The position numbers and the translations under genes are program-made. A stretch of 64,000 nt of DNA from Octopus sinensis. Lineage: Eukaryota. Location: positions 79,174,001-79,238,000 of the forward strand of contig NC_043002.1 of NCBI RefSeq assembly GCF_006345805.1. The letters run 5' to 3'. This document shows positions 11,876 to 23,984 of the stretch, piece after piece. The notes beneath the pieces are model-generated. The model was not told where the DNA came from. It did no database searches and worked only from the letters and a program-made list of their open reading frames with translations. The stretch's first letter is position 1. The number at the start of each line of letters is the position of its first letter.

Positions 11876-12152
11876 AGAAAAATAGGAAATGATTTGAAAT
11901 ACTGAGCATTTTTTAAGAGAGGAATCTTTGATTTGTTGCTTGTGTACCCTAACCAGATGTATTAACTTTGATCCTGTTTGGCCCTATATAATTCTCATTG
12001 CATTGTAGGCATGTGATATAAAAGAAAATTAGGAAATGATTTAAAATACTGAACATTTTTAAGAGAGGAATCTTTGATTTGTTGTTTGTGTATCCTAACC
12101 CGATGTATTGATTTTGATTCTGTTTGACCCGATATAATTCTCATTGCATTGT
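11876..12152. repeat. Tandem duplication, unit about 138 bp, 2 copies
   Basis: aaataggaaatgattt.aaatactga.cattttt.aagagaggaatctttgatttgttg...ctcattgcattgt occurs twice. Confidence 0.9.
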
Positions 12153-12299
12153 GGGTATGCGATGCTGTAAATGAGATTTTTGTTTTACAATTCATATTTG
12201 CATTAACCTTGAGTTCCGTCCTATTCTTCATTTTCTTTTTTGTTTTGCGCTGTTCACTATTTCACAGGTCTTGCCATGAAGGTCTACACATTTTCTTAC

Positions 12300-12373
12300 C
12301 AAGGCTATTTCTTCTTCTAATGTGAATTTCGCTACTGTTTCGAGTCTCTTACAATTGTGGTGGTTGTCTTCGG
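12300..12373 (-). CDS. Candidate exon of the minus-strand gene
   Basis: cag|xEDNHHNCKRLETVAKFTLEEEIAL|GTAAGA, phase 1 to 0; no homology recognised. Confidence 0.2.
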
Positions 12374-13889
12374 CTGTTGATAATTTGTGATTCGTTACTT
12401 AATTATCTGAGATTTGATAATTGGAGTAGGATTGCAAGATATCGATGGGCCAAACGTAAGATGTTTTGGTTTCTAAGATTATGAGTGACTACAAGGAAAT
12501 ATTCATAGAATAGAAATATTCCACGCAGAGAAATCCGGACATTCGTATAAAAAGAAAATTTAAACTGTTCATTATTTTCAAAATAAAGAAATGATCAACA
12601 GCGAAAGGCAAAAGATTAATACTTTATAATAATTTAAAATCCGAAACTAAACCTGAAATAGACAACACTGCTTTTAAAGAGAGCTTCCTATGTACAAATT
12701 ATCTCATGGCACTTGTGTCTCAAAAGCTGCAAACAACGAAAGCGCTTACACATTAAGAACGTTTCTTTCCAAAAGATTTGTGATGTTCTAAGGTTTTTTT
12801 TGCGAAGATTATTTTCATTTGTTTAAAAGATTTTAATTTTAGAAAATCTTTCTTCAAATACTATGATTGTATAAAAAATTGTCTCTAAAAATGTTATGTC
12901 ACTCTCTTTCTTTCTCTCTCTCTCGCATTACACACACACACACACATATATATACATACATATGCATATGTATATATATACATACATATATATATGGTTT
13001 TGCGCACTTATGTCTATATATGTGGTTATTTATGCATATATATACACAAATTATTACACACATATATCTATGTATATATATTTCCTTATATATGCATACA
13101 TATCTGCTTGTGTATACATATGCTTATCTACGCATATATATATGGTTATATAAATATGTATGTGTGAATATACATACATATGTGCATGTATTTACACATC
13201 TATCTATATCTCTCTCTATATATGTATATATGTATGCCCATGTATAAATATATAGGCGTAGCTATAATGTATGCATAAGTATTTATGAACATCTATTTAT
13301 GTGCATGCATGCATATATATACACATGCATACAAACACACATATACACACACGCACATATCTATACATACAAAGACATCAATACATACACTCACTATCAC
13401 CATGACAATGACCATGGTCAATAGTGGATAAAAAGCAGTGAGAAGAACGAAGTAAAAGAAGGAAAAAATGGAAGAAGTGGAATTTAGAACAGTTCCGCCA
13501 TTTTGAGGACTCTCTTCTCCTTTTCCACTTAAAATATTTCTTGAGATATTTAATCCACATCATGTCGACTACTAAATTCACACACTTTTCTATCAACATG
13601 CATGTTTAACGTTTGTAGCGCCATCTTTGTTTCTCAAGAATCGTTGTTTTAAGGTGTTTAATAAAGGTAACTATTGCCTTGAAACAAGCATCTTGAGTGT
13701 CTTGGTGATTACGACGGTCGCTGAAATACCACCACCAAAACCACCACAGCTATCATCACCACCACTACCATCACCACTACCCCTCGCCGCCCGCCGCCAT
13801 TATATCCTATAGCAAGATTTACACTCAATGGTGCTTAACGAATATGGATTTGATAAACAGATGCTTTTGTAGCGTTAACTAGATAATTG

Positions 13890-13929
<40 letters not shown>

Positions 13930-13986
13930 TATGTATGTACATATGTATGCACACACATATATATATATGCATATATTATACATATC

Positions 13987-14027
<41 letters not shown>

Positions 14028-14570
14028 TGTATATGTATAGGCATACACACGCCACAGTCTTCCACGTGCGTGTATATATATTACATACATACGCATGTAT
14101 ATGTAGAAAAGAATAAAATTAAAAAAGAAAAGAGAAGTGGAACAGAGGAATTGGTTGAATAAAGGAATAAATATATACGAAAAGATAATACAAATAGCAT
14201 TCAATGATAACGAATAGAAAATTATGACAAAAAATAAGCAAAGGAAATTCACTAAGATATACGAATTTATACTTATATATAATGAGTGGTTAGAGCGGAA
14301 TGGATGGGTTGAGGAGTAAATAGATAAATGAATAAATAAGTGAACAAATAAAATATCAGTGAATTACATAGTGCAGGCATCATGCTTTGTAAAATAGTGT
14401 ATATAAGGCAGAATAAATGCAAAAAAAACTAACAAATACTGGAAATAACTTGTGGGGCTTTGTAACGTTCCGTGATGTCCTATGTTCAAAGCAGCATGGA
14501 GTATGAAAAATTGAGAAGATATGATTAAGGAGAACGCTTTGGAACTACGTGGCTCTGGATTCTATCTCAC

Positions 14571-14609
14571 GTTGTGAAAGTCTTTTACACCAGAGCCTTG
14601 AGATAACCG
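14571..14609 (-). CDS. Candidate 39-bp exon (possibly terminal: D-GYLKALV*)
   Basis: Acceptor ttctatttacag and donor AAC|gtgaga. The phase-2 reading joins exon 18850-18974 and stops at 14585. Confidence 0.25.
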
Positions 14610-15065
14610 CTGTAAATAGAAAGCCTGCTTGATAGAAGACAGTCGTGTGTGAATAATCTCTCTCTCTCTCTTTATATATTTATGTATATGTATAAATAAA
14701 AAGAGTGAAAAAACTACAGAAGGCTTGTGTTATAAGGTTAAAGAATATGTTTAAGTCGTTATGTTACAAAAATGCTATAAAATTTTGTGTATAGCAACAT
14801 AGTTTTTGGAGAAATAACCGGCTTCGTATTTTCTTTTCAAATTTCTCAAATTTCTTTCTTTTTTTTATACATTCAACCACGTGCTTTCACACACCAACTC
14901 TCTCACCTATATATATATATACATATATTTCTAGCAATGCTGGTGCTCGCTGCACCCTTGGTCACTTTTAGTGACGGTGGATTATTTACTTTTTGTTTTA
15001 AATTGCATCTAGCCACCTTATTATTGTATATATATATGTATATATATATGTATATATATAGAATG

Positions 15066-15127
<62 letters not shown>

Positions 15128-15152
15128 GATATATATTATATATATGTAATAT

Positions 15153-15220
<68 letters not shown>

Positions 15221-15221
<1 letters not shown>

Positions 15222-15943
15222 ATGGAGTTAAACGCAGGTGTTTTTCAAATTCTTTTACTTCCGACACATGTTTCAAAGATATCATTGGTATTATTCCAAA
15301 GGAATAAAATGGTGTAAAATAATGTCATCTTCTCTTCAGAGACATGAAAAAATAAAACTCGTCAATGAGACATTTTAACAGAATATGATGGGTATGTAGT
15401 GATGAATCGAACGCTATAAAGTCTTTTTTAGAGGATATAACGTCAAAGGTAGTCTATAGAAAGAGGAGTGTTAACAGAAACAAAAAATCAGAAACCAAAT
15501 AAATGAGAAGTATAGAACGATATGCAAATTAAATAAAACCCTAAAGTCTTCGAAAAAGATATATCTAGTGAAAGTGAAATGTAAGAAAAAAATCAATGTT
15601 TAAATTATATATAATGATAGATATCACTTATATGAACTAAAGGTGTGTTTCTGGCAATATTAACATCGGTAAGCACGCTCTATAGTCGTGTTTACAAGTG
15701 AATTTTTAGAAGAAAGAATAAAAAATAGTTCAGAATTACAGAGAAGACAGAATTCCTTGCCTTTATCATAAAGCAAAGAAAATGAGAGAATCAACTAATC
15801 GAAATTAAATTGTTTATTATGGTCTTTTAGAAAAGATTACATTGTTTTACATCATTTTATTCCTTTGGAATAATACCAATAATATCTTCGAAACATGTGT
15901 CGGAAGTAAAAAAATTTGAATAACACGTGCGTTTAATTCCATT
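15221..15943. mobile_element. About 720-bp foldback element with about 112-bp terminal inverted repeats (MITE or Penelope-derived)
   Basis: 15221-15332 is the near reverse complement of 15830-15943; flanks are TA-rich. Confidence 0.8.
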
Positions 15944-16143
15944 TATTTATTTATACATATTATACAAAATATTTCACGTAAACTCGGAGTTTTTATCTTT
16001 AAAAACAAGGTGTTACGCCCTTTTTACTTGTGTGATTTTTTGCTACTCTGGTAACTATTTATCTATTTTTTCTGTGTTAATTGTAAACAAGGGAAAAACA
16101 CACACACGCACACACATATGTATGTATATATATGCATGTGTGC

Positions 16144-16177
<34 letters not shown>

Positions 16178-16385
16178 CACACACACACATATATATATAT
16201 GTATCTTTATATGTATGTATGTATCTATTTCTATCTTTCTTTACCATCTTTTCTGCTCTCTCTTTCTTACCTCTCTCTCTCTGTCTTTGGTGTCTGTAAG
16301 TTTGTTCTCTCTCGCTCTCTCTGTATATATTATATAATATATTATATAATATATATATATATATTATATAATATATATATATATA

Positions 16386-16416
<31 letters not shown>

Positions 16417-16489
16417 TATACGAACGTTCATACTATATAACACACACACATATATAGTTCAAATTTATAGAAAAACGAAGACGAGAGAA

Positions 16490-16600
16490 GCGTAGGAACA
16501 ACAAGCTAGTTTGACGCTCGGGAAAAATGGAAAGTCTTTTACGTTTCGAGCTTACGCTCTTCGAGAGAAAGGAGTAAGAGAAAATAAACAGAAAAAAAGC
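16490..16600 (-). mobile_element. Penelope-like terminal-repeat remnant
   Basis: Minus strand tcgaagagcgtaagctcgaaacgtaaaagac; homologous to 24360-24500 and 25790-25920. Confidence 0.45.
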
Positions 16601-16859
16601 ATGGCGGATGATTGGAAATATCATCTCACACACGTAGGTACAAATCAAGGTCGATAAAATAGCATTTGAATACCAAAATGTAGAGCAAAATGCCATTTTA
16701 TGAAAGCCGAAAAAAATTCACAAGCCGCTACTCAGAGTTTTCCGTCACCATTCGTCAGACAGTTGTGTTTTATCACAACTGCCTGATAAACCGTCACGTG
16801 GAACTCTGAGTAACATTTTGCAAAATTAATAGAGTTGTATGTATGTTTATCTTGAAAAG

Positions 16860-17090
16860 TGGTTAGAAATTTCTGTTCGGGCTGTGGCCATTCTTATTCA
16901 ATTGGATTTTGGTGAGGGAGTGAGTTCGACACTGCTGTCATCTTTTGAGTTTCTTGCCATGATACAGGTTCGTCAGGGTCCTTGGACAGCAGACCAAGTT
17001 ATTTCTTGAAAACATCTACTACCTACTCCATGAAGATCTCTCAGATGTTTTGGCAAGGTATCAAAATAACTGTGGGCTCTTGAATCCCAA
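16860..17090 (-). mobile_element. CR1/L2-like LINE 3' end, same family as 1100-1915
   Basis: Degenerate match to GFKGPQLFNILPKDLRDL..VPDEP..SNSLPHQ and tail atggccacagc. Confidence 0.75.
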
Positions 17091-17229
17091 ATTAATATTT
17101 GTTTCTATTTATATTTAACAGAAGAAACAGTATGACTCAGGGACCGAGAGAATCGTACGTTGGCACGTATCAAACTAATTTGATAAGTTCCAATGCACGA
17201 AATTATCGGCCCTTGATTCACTTTATTGC

Positions 17230-17510
<281 letters not shown>

Positions 17511-17949
17511 AATTAGGATTAAGGGTATTGAAAAAAAAAAACTTTTTTCTTTGCCTATATACTGAAAAGAGACACTAAACCGTCGAACCAGCATAATAGG
17601 CAAGGAGAAAAAATTTTTTCTATCCCCTTAATTATAATTGGATTTATGATTTCACCTTAATAAGTCTCTAGATGAAATAATATATATATATATATATATA
17701 TAAGGCCAAGTCATGCCACGATAATCTACATAAGGCAACCCTACCAATCTACTCCATTTCTGACAGGAGAAAAAGAATTCCTAAAGTACATTTTCTTTAA
17801 AACAAATTTTTAGTATATACAGCGACTATAATAATATTAATAATAATAATATCACAGTGACTTATTGAACAAAAGGAAATAATTTCTTTTGCTTCATATA
17901 TTTATTGATAAGCAGAATCCTGTACCAACAGCAGCAAAGGTAATAACAA

Positions 17950-17953
17950 GGAG

Positions 17954-18006
<53 letters not shown>

Positions 18007-18206
18007 TATCATCATCATCATCATCAGCGGCGGCAGTAGAAACAATAGCGGTAACATAAGTAGCACTCGTATCAAATTATTTCTACTTGTCACATATTTA
18101 ACCTCCCCCTCCCCTTCCCCCTCCCCCACCACCACTACCACAACCAGCAGCAGTTACGATCTTATTCTTCTTCTCCCGTTTCCCTCATCTTCATGATTCC
18201 CGTTGC

Positions 18207-18241
<35 letters not shown>

Positions 18242-18245
18242 GTCA

Positions 18246-18313
<68 letters not shown>

Positions 18314-18500
18314 GTCGTCGTCGTCGCCGTCGTCGTCGTCGCCGTCGTCATCATCATCATCATCATTGTCATCGATTAACAGCAGCAGCAATAACAAAAA
18401 CAAGAACAAGAACAACAACAACAAAAACAACAACAACAACAACAACAACAACCGAAAGAACAATAACGATAGAAACAGCAACAAAAAGAACCGAAACAAC
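17950..18500. repeat. Compound trinucleotide repeats (CAT/CGT/CGC/AAC)
   Basis: Visible runs; source of the poly-H/R/D ORFs. Confidence 0.95.
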
Positions 18501-18849
18501 AGTGAAAAGTTATCAGTCAATCGAACGGGAAAGATCCGGTACTCAGTTATTGGTTGGACACGTCAATCGATCGAACCTTCGTGAGTTTGCATGCAAAGTA
18601 GATAAGAAAAGCAAAACAAAAACGTGAAAAAAAGAAGCCAAACAAAAAAACAAATACACAAAGACACAAGAAAGTAAAAAAAAAACAAAAACAAAAAGAA
18701 CCTACTACACAGAAAGACCATGGGAATTAAATCACGAACTGAAAACAGTGCCGAATCCGTTTTAGCCTTTAACCATCAGGAACGTATGAAATAAATAAGA
18801 AATATATAATACAAAACAAAACTATGAAAAATGTAAAGGAATCTCTCAC

Positions 18850-18974
18850 TCTGGTAAACCATAGCCGTCACTTCCAAACGAGTACGCGTTTGTAACGTCG
18901 TTTAGGCACCTAAGTAATTGCAGGCAGACATGGATACGGTCTTGGTCTTCAAACCTTTGGCGCTGAAGAACATA
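18850..18974 (-). CDS. Exon of putative PTB/PID-domain protein (last strand and C-terminal helix)
   Basis: Strong (CT)-rich acceptor ...ctccag, donor GA|gtgaga; YVLQRQRFEDQDRIHVCLQLLRCLNDVTNAYSFGSDGYGLP, phase 0 to 2. Confidence 0.55.
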
Positions 18975-18989
18975 CTGGAGATGGAGAGA

Positions 18990-19026
<37 letters not shown>

Positions 19027-19113
19027 AGGAGTATACGAGGTGGTATCAAAAAGTTCCAGAACTAGTTATGGAAGATAGAAAATATTCTTGAGTTGAGTGT
19101 TCTGCCCACTAAA

Positions 19114-19681
19114 TATTGGGTTGTCCGGAAAGTTGATGCCGATTTTTAAAGGAAAGGAAAAGGTCAATAAATACTTGCCATTACATTTTTAATCAACCAA
19201 ATGTGAACCATTTTGTTGCACAATGCGTCTCCGTCTTTCCTTTAGCTTAAAAATATCCTCTTCCCAGAATCGAGGTGGTTTCATGGCAAATAATTCATCA
19301 AGGTATCTTTTAGGTCATCAAAGGAATTGAAATTTTTACCATTAAGACTATTCCGAAGAGACCCGAATAAGTGGAAATCCGAAGGAGCAATATCTGGTGA
19401 ATATGGAGGGTAGGGTAACACATCCCAGCCGAGCTGCAGCAATTTTTGTCTGGTTCCCAAAGCATCAAGTGCCGAAAATGAACTTTCTTATCTTCCCTTT
19501 TAAAGGGTTACAAAATTAACACAGGTTATAGGAACATAAACCTTCTTCCTCGAAAAGATAGCTTAAACTGTGCTCTAAATGGTGGTGTAGTCAAATCCTA
19601 TTTTATGGACTCAACCATGTTATAAAATAATCGAAAGGTAAGCTACTATAAATCGGCACGAACTTTCTGGACAACCCAATA
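19114..19681 (-). mobile_element. Non-autonomous mariner (MITE-like) with about 30-bp TIRs
   Basis: TA-ttgggttgtccggaaagtt..gccgattt ... aaatcggcacgaactttctggacaacccaa-TA; internal PYSPDIAPSDFHLF-like remnant. Confidence 0.9.
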
Positions 19682-19754
19682 CATATACCGTAGAGGATCA
19701 CATATTTAACATGAGTGGAAAAATATGGTCGTTTGAGATTATCCAAGCAATTAT

Positions 19755-19845
19755 CCACCTTGCCCAAGGTGCCACGCAGTGGGACTGAACCCGGTACCAT
19801 GTGGTTGGTGAGCAAGCTACTTACCACACAGCAACTCCTACGCCT
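19755..19845 (-). mobile_element. SINE family A head
   Basis: gccacgcagtgggactgaacccggtaccatgtggttggtgagcaagctacttaccacacagc. Confidence 0.8.
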
Positions 19846-20059
19846 ATATATAGAAAATAAAAAAAAATGAAAAACAGGAAAAATAACGTAAGTCAAAAGG
19901 GCGTTCACAGATTGATGCTCAGATAAAGTTCAGGATGGAAAAAAATGAGAGGTTGGGTGACAACGTTTCGAGCATAGTTCTTTGTCAGAAAGAGGAAACA
20001 AGAAAAAGTTTAGAAAGAAGGAGAATATCCTGAAAAAAACACATGTGCTGTGTGTGCCG

Positions 20060-20580
20060 TTACATGGCTGAAAATTAAATTAAAATATATAGCTCTATGT
20101 ATCGTAAAATATAATTGCCAACTAAATGTTGCGGTCCCATAGAACACGATGCTACTGTTGTTCTTTAGCCCCAGGAAGACATCTCCTCCAGCTGGCCAAC
20201 GACACACTGTTTGTGCCCGTTTAGTATTTGCGAGACGAAATCATCGTTCCCACCTCTAGCCTTAGGTGATGCAAACAGACCGGGGTTTCTGGATAGTAAC
20301 CCGTCATCAGTGTGTGATAATTACGAGCTAGTGAAGAAAACTCATTCCACACGCAAAATACTAAATGCTTTTTCCAGTGACAAACTGTTGCTGATCTTGA
20401 AAAAGGAGGAATAAGCAATATTAAATATCTGAGCGAGAAGTAAACAGTAGCAGTACGGAATCGTAAAATATAATAGCCAACTAATTGTGGCGGCCCCATA
20501 GAGGACGATGCTACTGTTTTTTTTTTGGCACCAGGTGGACATCTCTTCCAACTGGCTAACGACACACTGTTTTTGTGATG
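20060..20580. repeat. Diverged direct repeat of about 130 bp (20085-20215 and 20455-20580), possibly a LINE remnant
   Basis: tcgtaaaatataat.gccaactaa..gt.gcgg.cccataga..acgatgctactgtt...acgacacactgttt occurs in both copies. Confidence 0.75.
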
Positions 20581-20699
20581 TTTTTGCAGCTTTATTAATA
20601 AAGTGCATACACATACACATATATGTTTTGATATGCATATAAATACATACATATGCATACACGCGTCTGTTGTGTGTGTGTGTGCGTGCATGCGTGCCT

Positions 20700-20930
20700 T
20701 TGTATATTTGCTTCCCCCCTTCCTGCTTGACAACCGGTGTTGGTTTGTTTACGTCACTGCAATTAGTGGTTCGGCCTAAGAGATCGATAGAATAAGTATC
20801 ATACTTTAAAAAAATAAATAAATAAAACATAAGTACTGGGTGCGATTTGTTCGACTAAAACACAAAAAGGCGTTGCTCCAGCATGGTCGCAGTCCAATGA
20901 CTGAAACAAGCGAGAGATAAAAGATAAAGG
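20700..20930 (+). mobile_element. SINE family A tail
   Basis: gcttgacaaccggtgttgg...ctccagcatggtcgcagtccaatgactgaaac. Confidence 0.85.
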
Positions 20931-21076
20931 AAATAAAAATTGAAAATAAAAGCATACTTCAGAACATCTAAATATTACTTCAGAGAGAAAAAAGGGGGCG
21001 TAGGTGATGCAGGTAGTTGAAGAGGTTGATCTACTCATCGACTTAACATCCGCATATTTCTCACAATTTTATTACC

Positions 21077-21108
<32 letters not shown>

Positions 21109-21892
21109 TTTATCCCCCACCTCTGTACTTTACCTCACACTACCACTCATTCTACACTACACGAAGCTGCCATCATACAACGTAACTTCTTGCCTAATGA
21201 AATTCCGTCACAACAGGATATTGGAAACAAAGAAATCTGAAAGGAACATTGCACATCCATGAATTGTCAAAGACAATTTTCTCCAACAAGCCGCTCGGCC
21301 AGGATCAAAATGGGAAGAAATTTTTTCAAAAAAAAAAAGAAAGTAAAAAGAAAAAAATACGAAAAAAAATGGAAACAATAATAAAAAAAAACTACAATAT
21401 TAATGAAAATAATAATAAAAATGTTAAATATTCAATTCTAAAGAAAGCAGTATGCTGGATCGTCAAAACCGCATGAAACTTCGAAATTTGAATTAAAAGG
21501 AGGGGAAAAGAAGACAAAGACGAAAAAAAACAAAACAACAACCAGAAAATTAATAAACATAACAGTGGCGACATCTAGAGGATTGCGATGGTGTCGGAAG
21601 TAGCGGTGGTAGTAATAAAGAAGCGTGTTGGTGGTTGTAATATCGGTTTGCCGATAGAATTGTGGTTTTATTGTTGTTTACTGTATTTTGCAGTAATGGA
21701 AGGCGCATTTTTTTTGTAAAAATAAAAATACTTCGAAAATTACCATGCATCGTCCACGACGCTAGCTGAGAAATGGTTGTAATGGCTTTATTAGGGTAGT
21801 GCCCGGCGATGTGTTGTCTGACACACGAGGTATTTGACAGCAACCTTAGTCGGGCAGCTGTAGCTGGTAGGTGGTCAGCGGTGGCGGTATGT

Positions 21893-22312
21893 GGGGAGCA
21901 GGCAGAATCGTTAGTATGCCAGGCGAAATGCGTAGCCGTATTTCGTCTGTCGTTACGTTCTGAGTTCAAATTCCGCCGAGGTCGACTTTGCCTTTCATCC
22001 TTTCGGGGTCGATAACTTGAGTACCAGTTACGCACTGGGGTCGATGTAATCGACTTAATCCCTTTGTCTGTCCTTGGTTGTCCACTCTATGTTTAGCCCC
22101 TTGTGGTAAATAAAGAAATAGAAATAGGTATTTCGTCTGTCATTACGTTCTGAGTTCAAATTCCGCCGAGGTCGACTTTGCCTTTCATCCTTTCGGGGCC
22201 GATTAAATAAGTACCAGTTACGCACTTGGGTCGATATAATCGACTTAATCCGTTTGTCTGTCCTTGTTTGTCCTCTCTGTGTTTAGCCCCTTGTGGGTAG
22301 TAAAGAAATAGG
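21893..22312 (+). mobile_element. SINE family C dimer (tandem units of about 190 bp)
   Basis: Head, then two head-to-tail gtatttcgtctg..gagttcaaattccgccgaggtcgac..gtttagcccc units. Confidence 0.9.
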
Positions 22313-22564
22313 TGGCGGTATGTGGTACGATCTCCATAGACAGTGTCGCATAAATAACTGCAGGATAGTTATAGTGAATAGCATTAAGTTATGTACTATA
22401 ATGATGCCCAACAGCAAATTACCATGTAGGAGACCGTTGTCTGCCGATTCCACCCTGTAATAGTCCTGAGCACTCCACTGTTTGCCCATCAGTTCTGTCT
22501 GATAACAGGTATCTAACGTGTGCCCTCTGGGCACTGTACGATCTTGTTGACGAGGCTTTAGTAA

Positions 22565-23030
22565 TTACTCTCTTTTACTCTCTTTTACTTGTTTCAGTCG
22601 TTTGATTGTGGCCATGCTGGAGTACTGCCTTTACTCGAGCAAATCGATCCAAGGACTTATTCTTTGTAAGCCTAGTACTTATTCTATCGGGCTCTTTTGC
22701 CGAACCGTTAAGTTACGGGGACGTAAACATACCAGCATCGGTTCTCAAGCGATGTTGGGGGACAAACACAGACACTAAAACACACACACACAGACACACA
22801 AACACACACACACACAGACAGATAGACAGACACACATACACACACACATATACATATATACGACTAGCTTTCAGTTTTCGTCTACCAAATCCACTCACAA
22901 GGCTTTGGTCGGCCCGAGGCTATAGTAGAAGACACATGCCCTAGGTGCCACGCAGTAGGACTGAACCCGGAACCATATGGTTCGTAAGCAAGCTACTTAT
23001 CACACAGCCACTCCTACGCCTATAAATCTA
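22565..23030 (-). mobile_element. SINE family A, full length
   Basis: Tail, internal (CA)-rich repeat and tRNA-like head, all reverse complement of 5695-6135. Confidence 0.9.
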
Positions 23031-23756
23031 TTTTTTCCTTGAATTACCAAAAATCTTCAAAATCTGAGTGTGCCTTCCACGTTGTAGTGTCAACCATACC
23101 GCATAATACGTGTATTTTAAAGCATCACATTTTGGGAATAACATATTACCGTCGGTGCATACAACTTCCCAACGGACCAATTAATAGCTCAGTATATTGC
23201 CATACTAGGGTTGCTGTCAAATACCCCGTGTGTCAGACAACACACCACCGGGTACTATCCTAAGAAAGCCATAGTAACCATTTCTCAGCTAGCGTCGTGG
23301 ACGATGCATGGTAATTTATGATGGCGAAAGAGACAAAATAGTATCTATGCAACTTGTATTTGAAAATACCAGCTTCTTAGTCCATGTATATTCGAATTTC
23401 TAATCGATAAAGGAGGACATAAAAATCTTTTGACTTGCCTTTTCCTCCTGCTATCGCAACCCTGAAGAAATATTCTGTCCGAAACGTTGAAGACCTTTAA
23501 TAATATTTCTGTTAAACGAATTGATGTGTGTCCTCACTAGTATGAAAAAGGTCCTACCTACGTGTATAGACAGTCAAAATGTAAGGTAGATTAAACTAGA
23601 TAACTTTTCTGTTTTTACTTAAAGTACATTGCTCCGTCTATTTGACCTTGGTGTTGAAACCACTGCTGGCCGCAGCACTATGATAATGAGAAGATGAATT
23701 GCTGAATATTTCTCTGTTCGATAAATAATTTAGATAGACTTCTGCTAATATCATAC

Positions 23757-23796
23757 TAAATGTAATTTTTGATCGTGGAGCAGAGAATTGGTGTTC
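23757..23796 (-). CDS. Candidate 40-bp exon of putative PTB protein
   Basis: (tg)n-tacag|G-NTNSLLHDQKLHL|gtatga. It is the phase 2-to-0 bridge needed between the 27090 and 18974 exons; acceptor is weak. Confidence 0.35.
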
Positions 23797-23984
23797 CTGT
23801 ACACACACACACAAATACGCGCGCGCGCATATCCACAGGCACACACACACACATACATATGGAAAAGTTAAATCCAAGGATCAAGGTGTAGGAAGTTAGT
23901 AAGCTTCGAACAGTCAGTAGAAGGTAGAAAAAAAACAACTTTCAGGAACAATAGTGGTTCATTGATGTAGGAGGTTATTCTTTT

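Larger units (their letters stand above)
21737..23317. mobile_element. Foldback element with about 114-bp inverted arms (21737-21850 and 23204-23317) carrying nested SINE insertions
   Basis: aaattaccatgcatcgtccacgacgctagctgagaaatggtt...gtatttgacagcaacc and its reverse complement. Confidence 0.75.

Noticed and set aside
13378-13599. Basic/aromatic 73-aa ORF
   Set aside because: No splice support or homology; consistent with chance in purine-skewed sequence.
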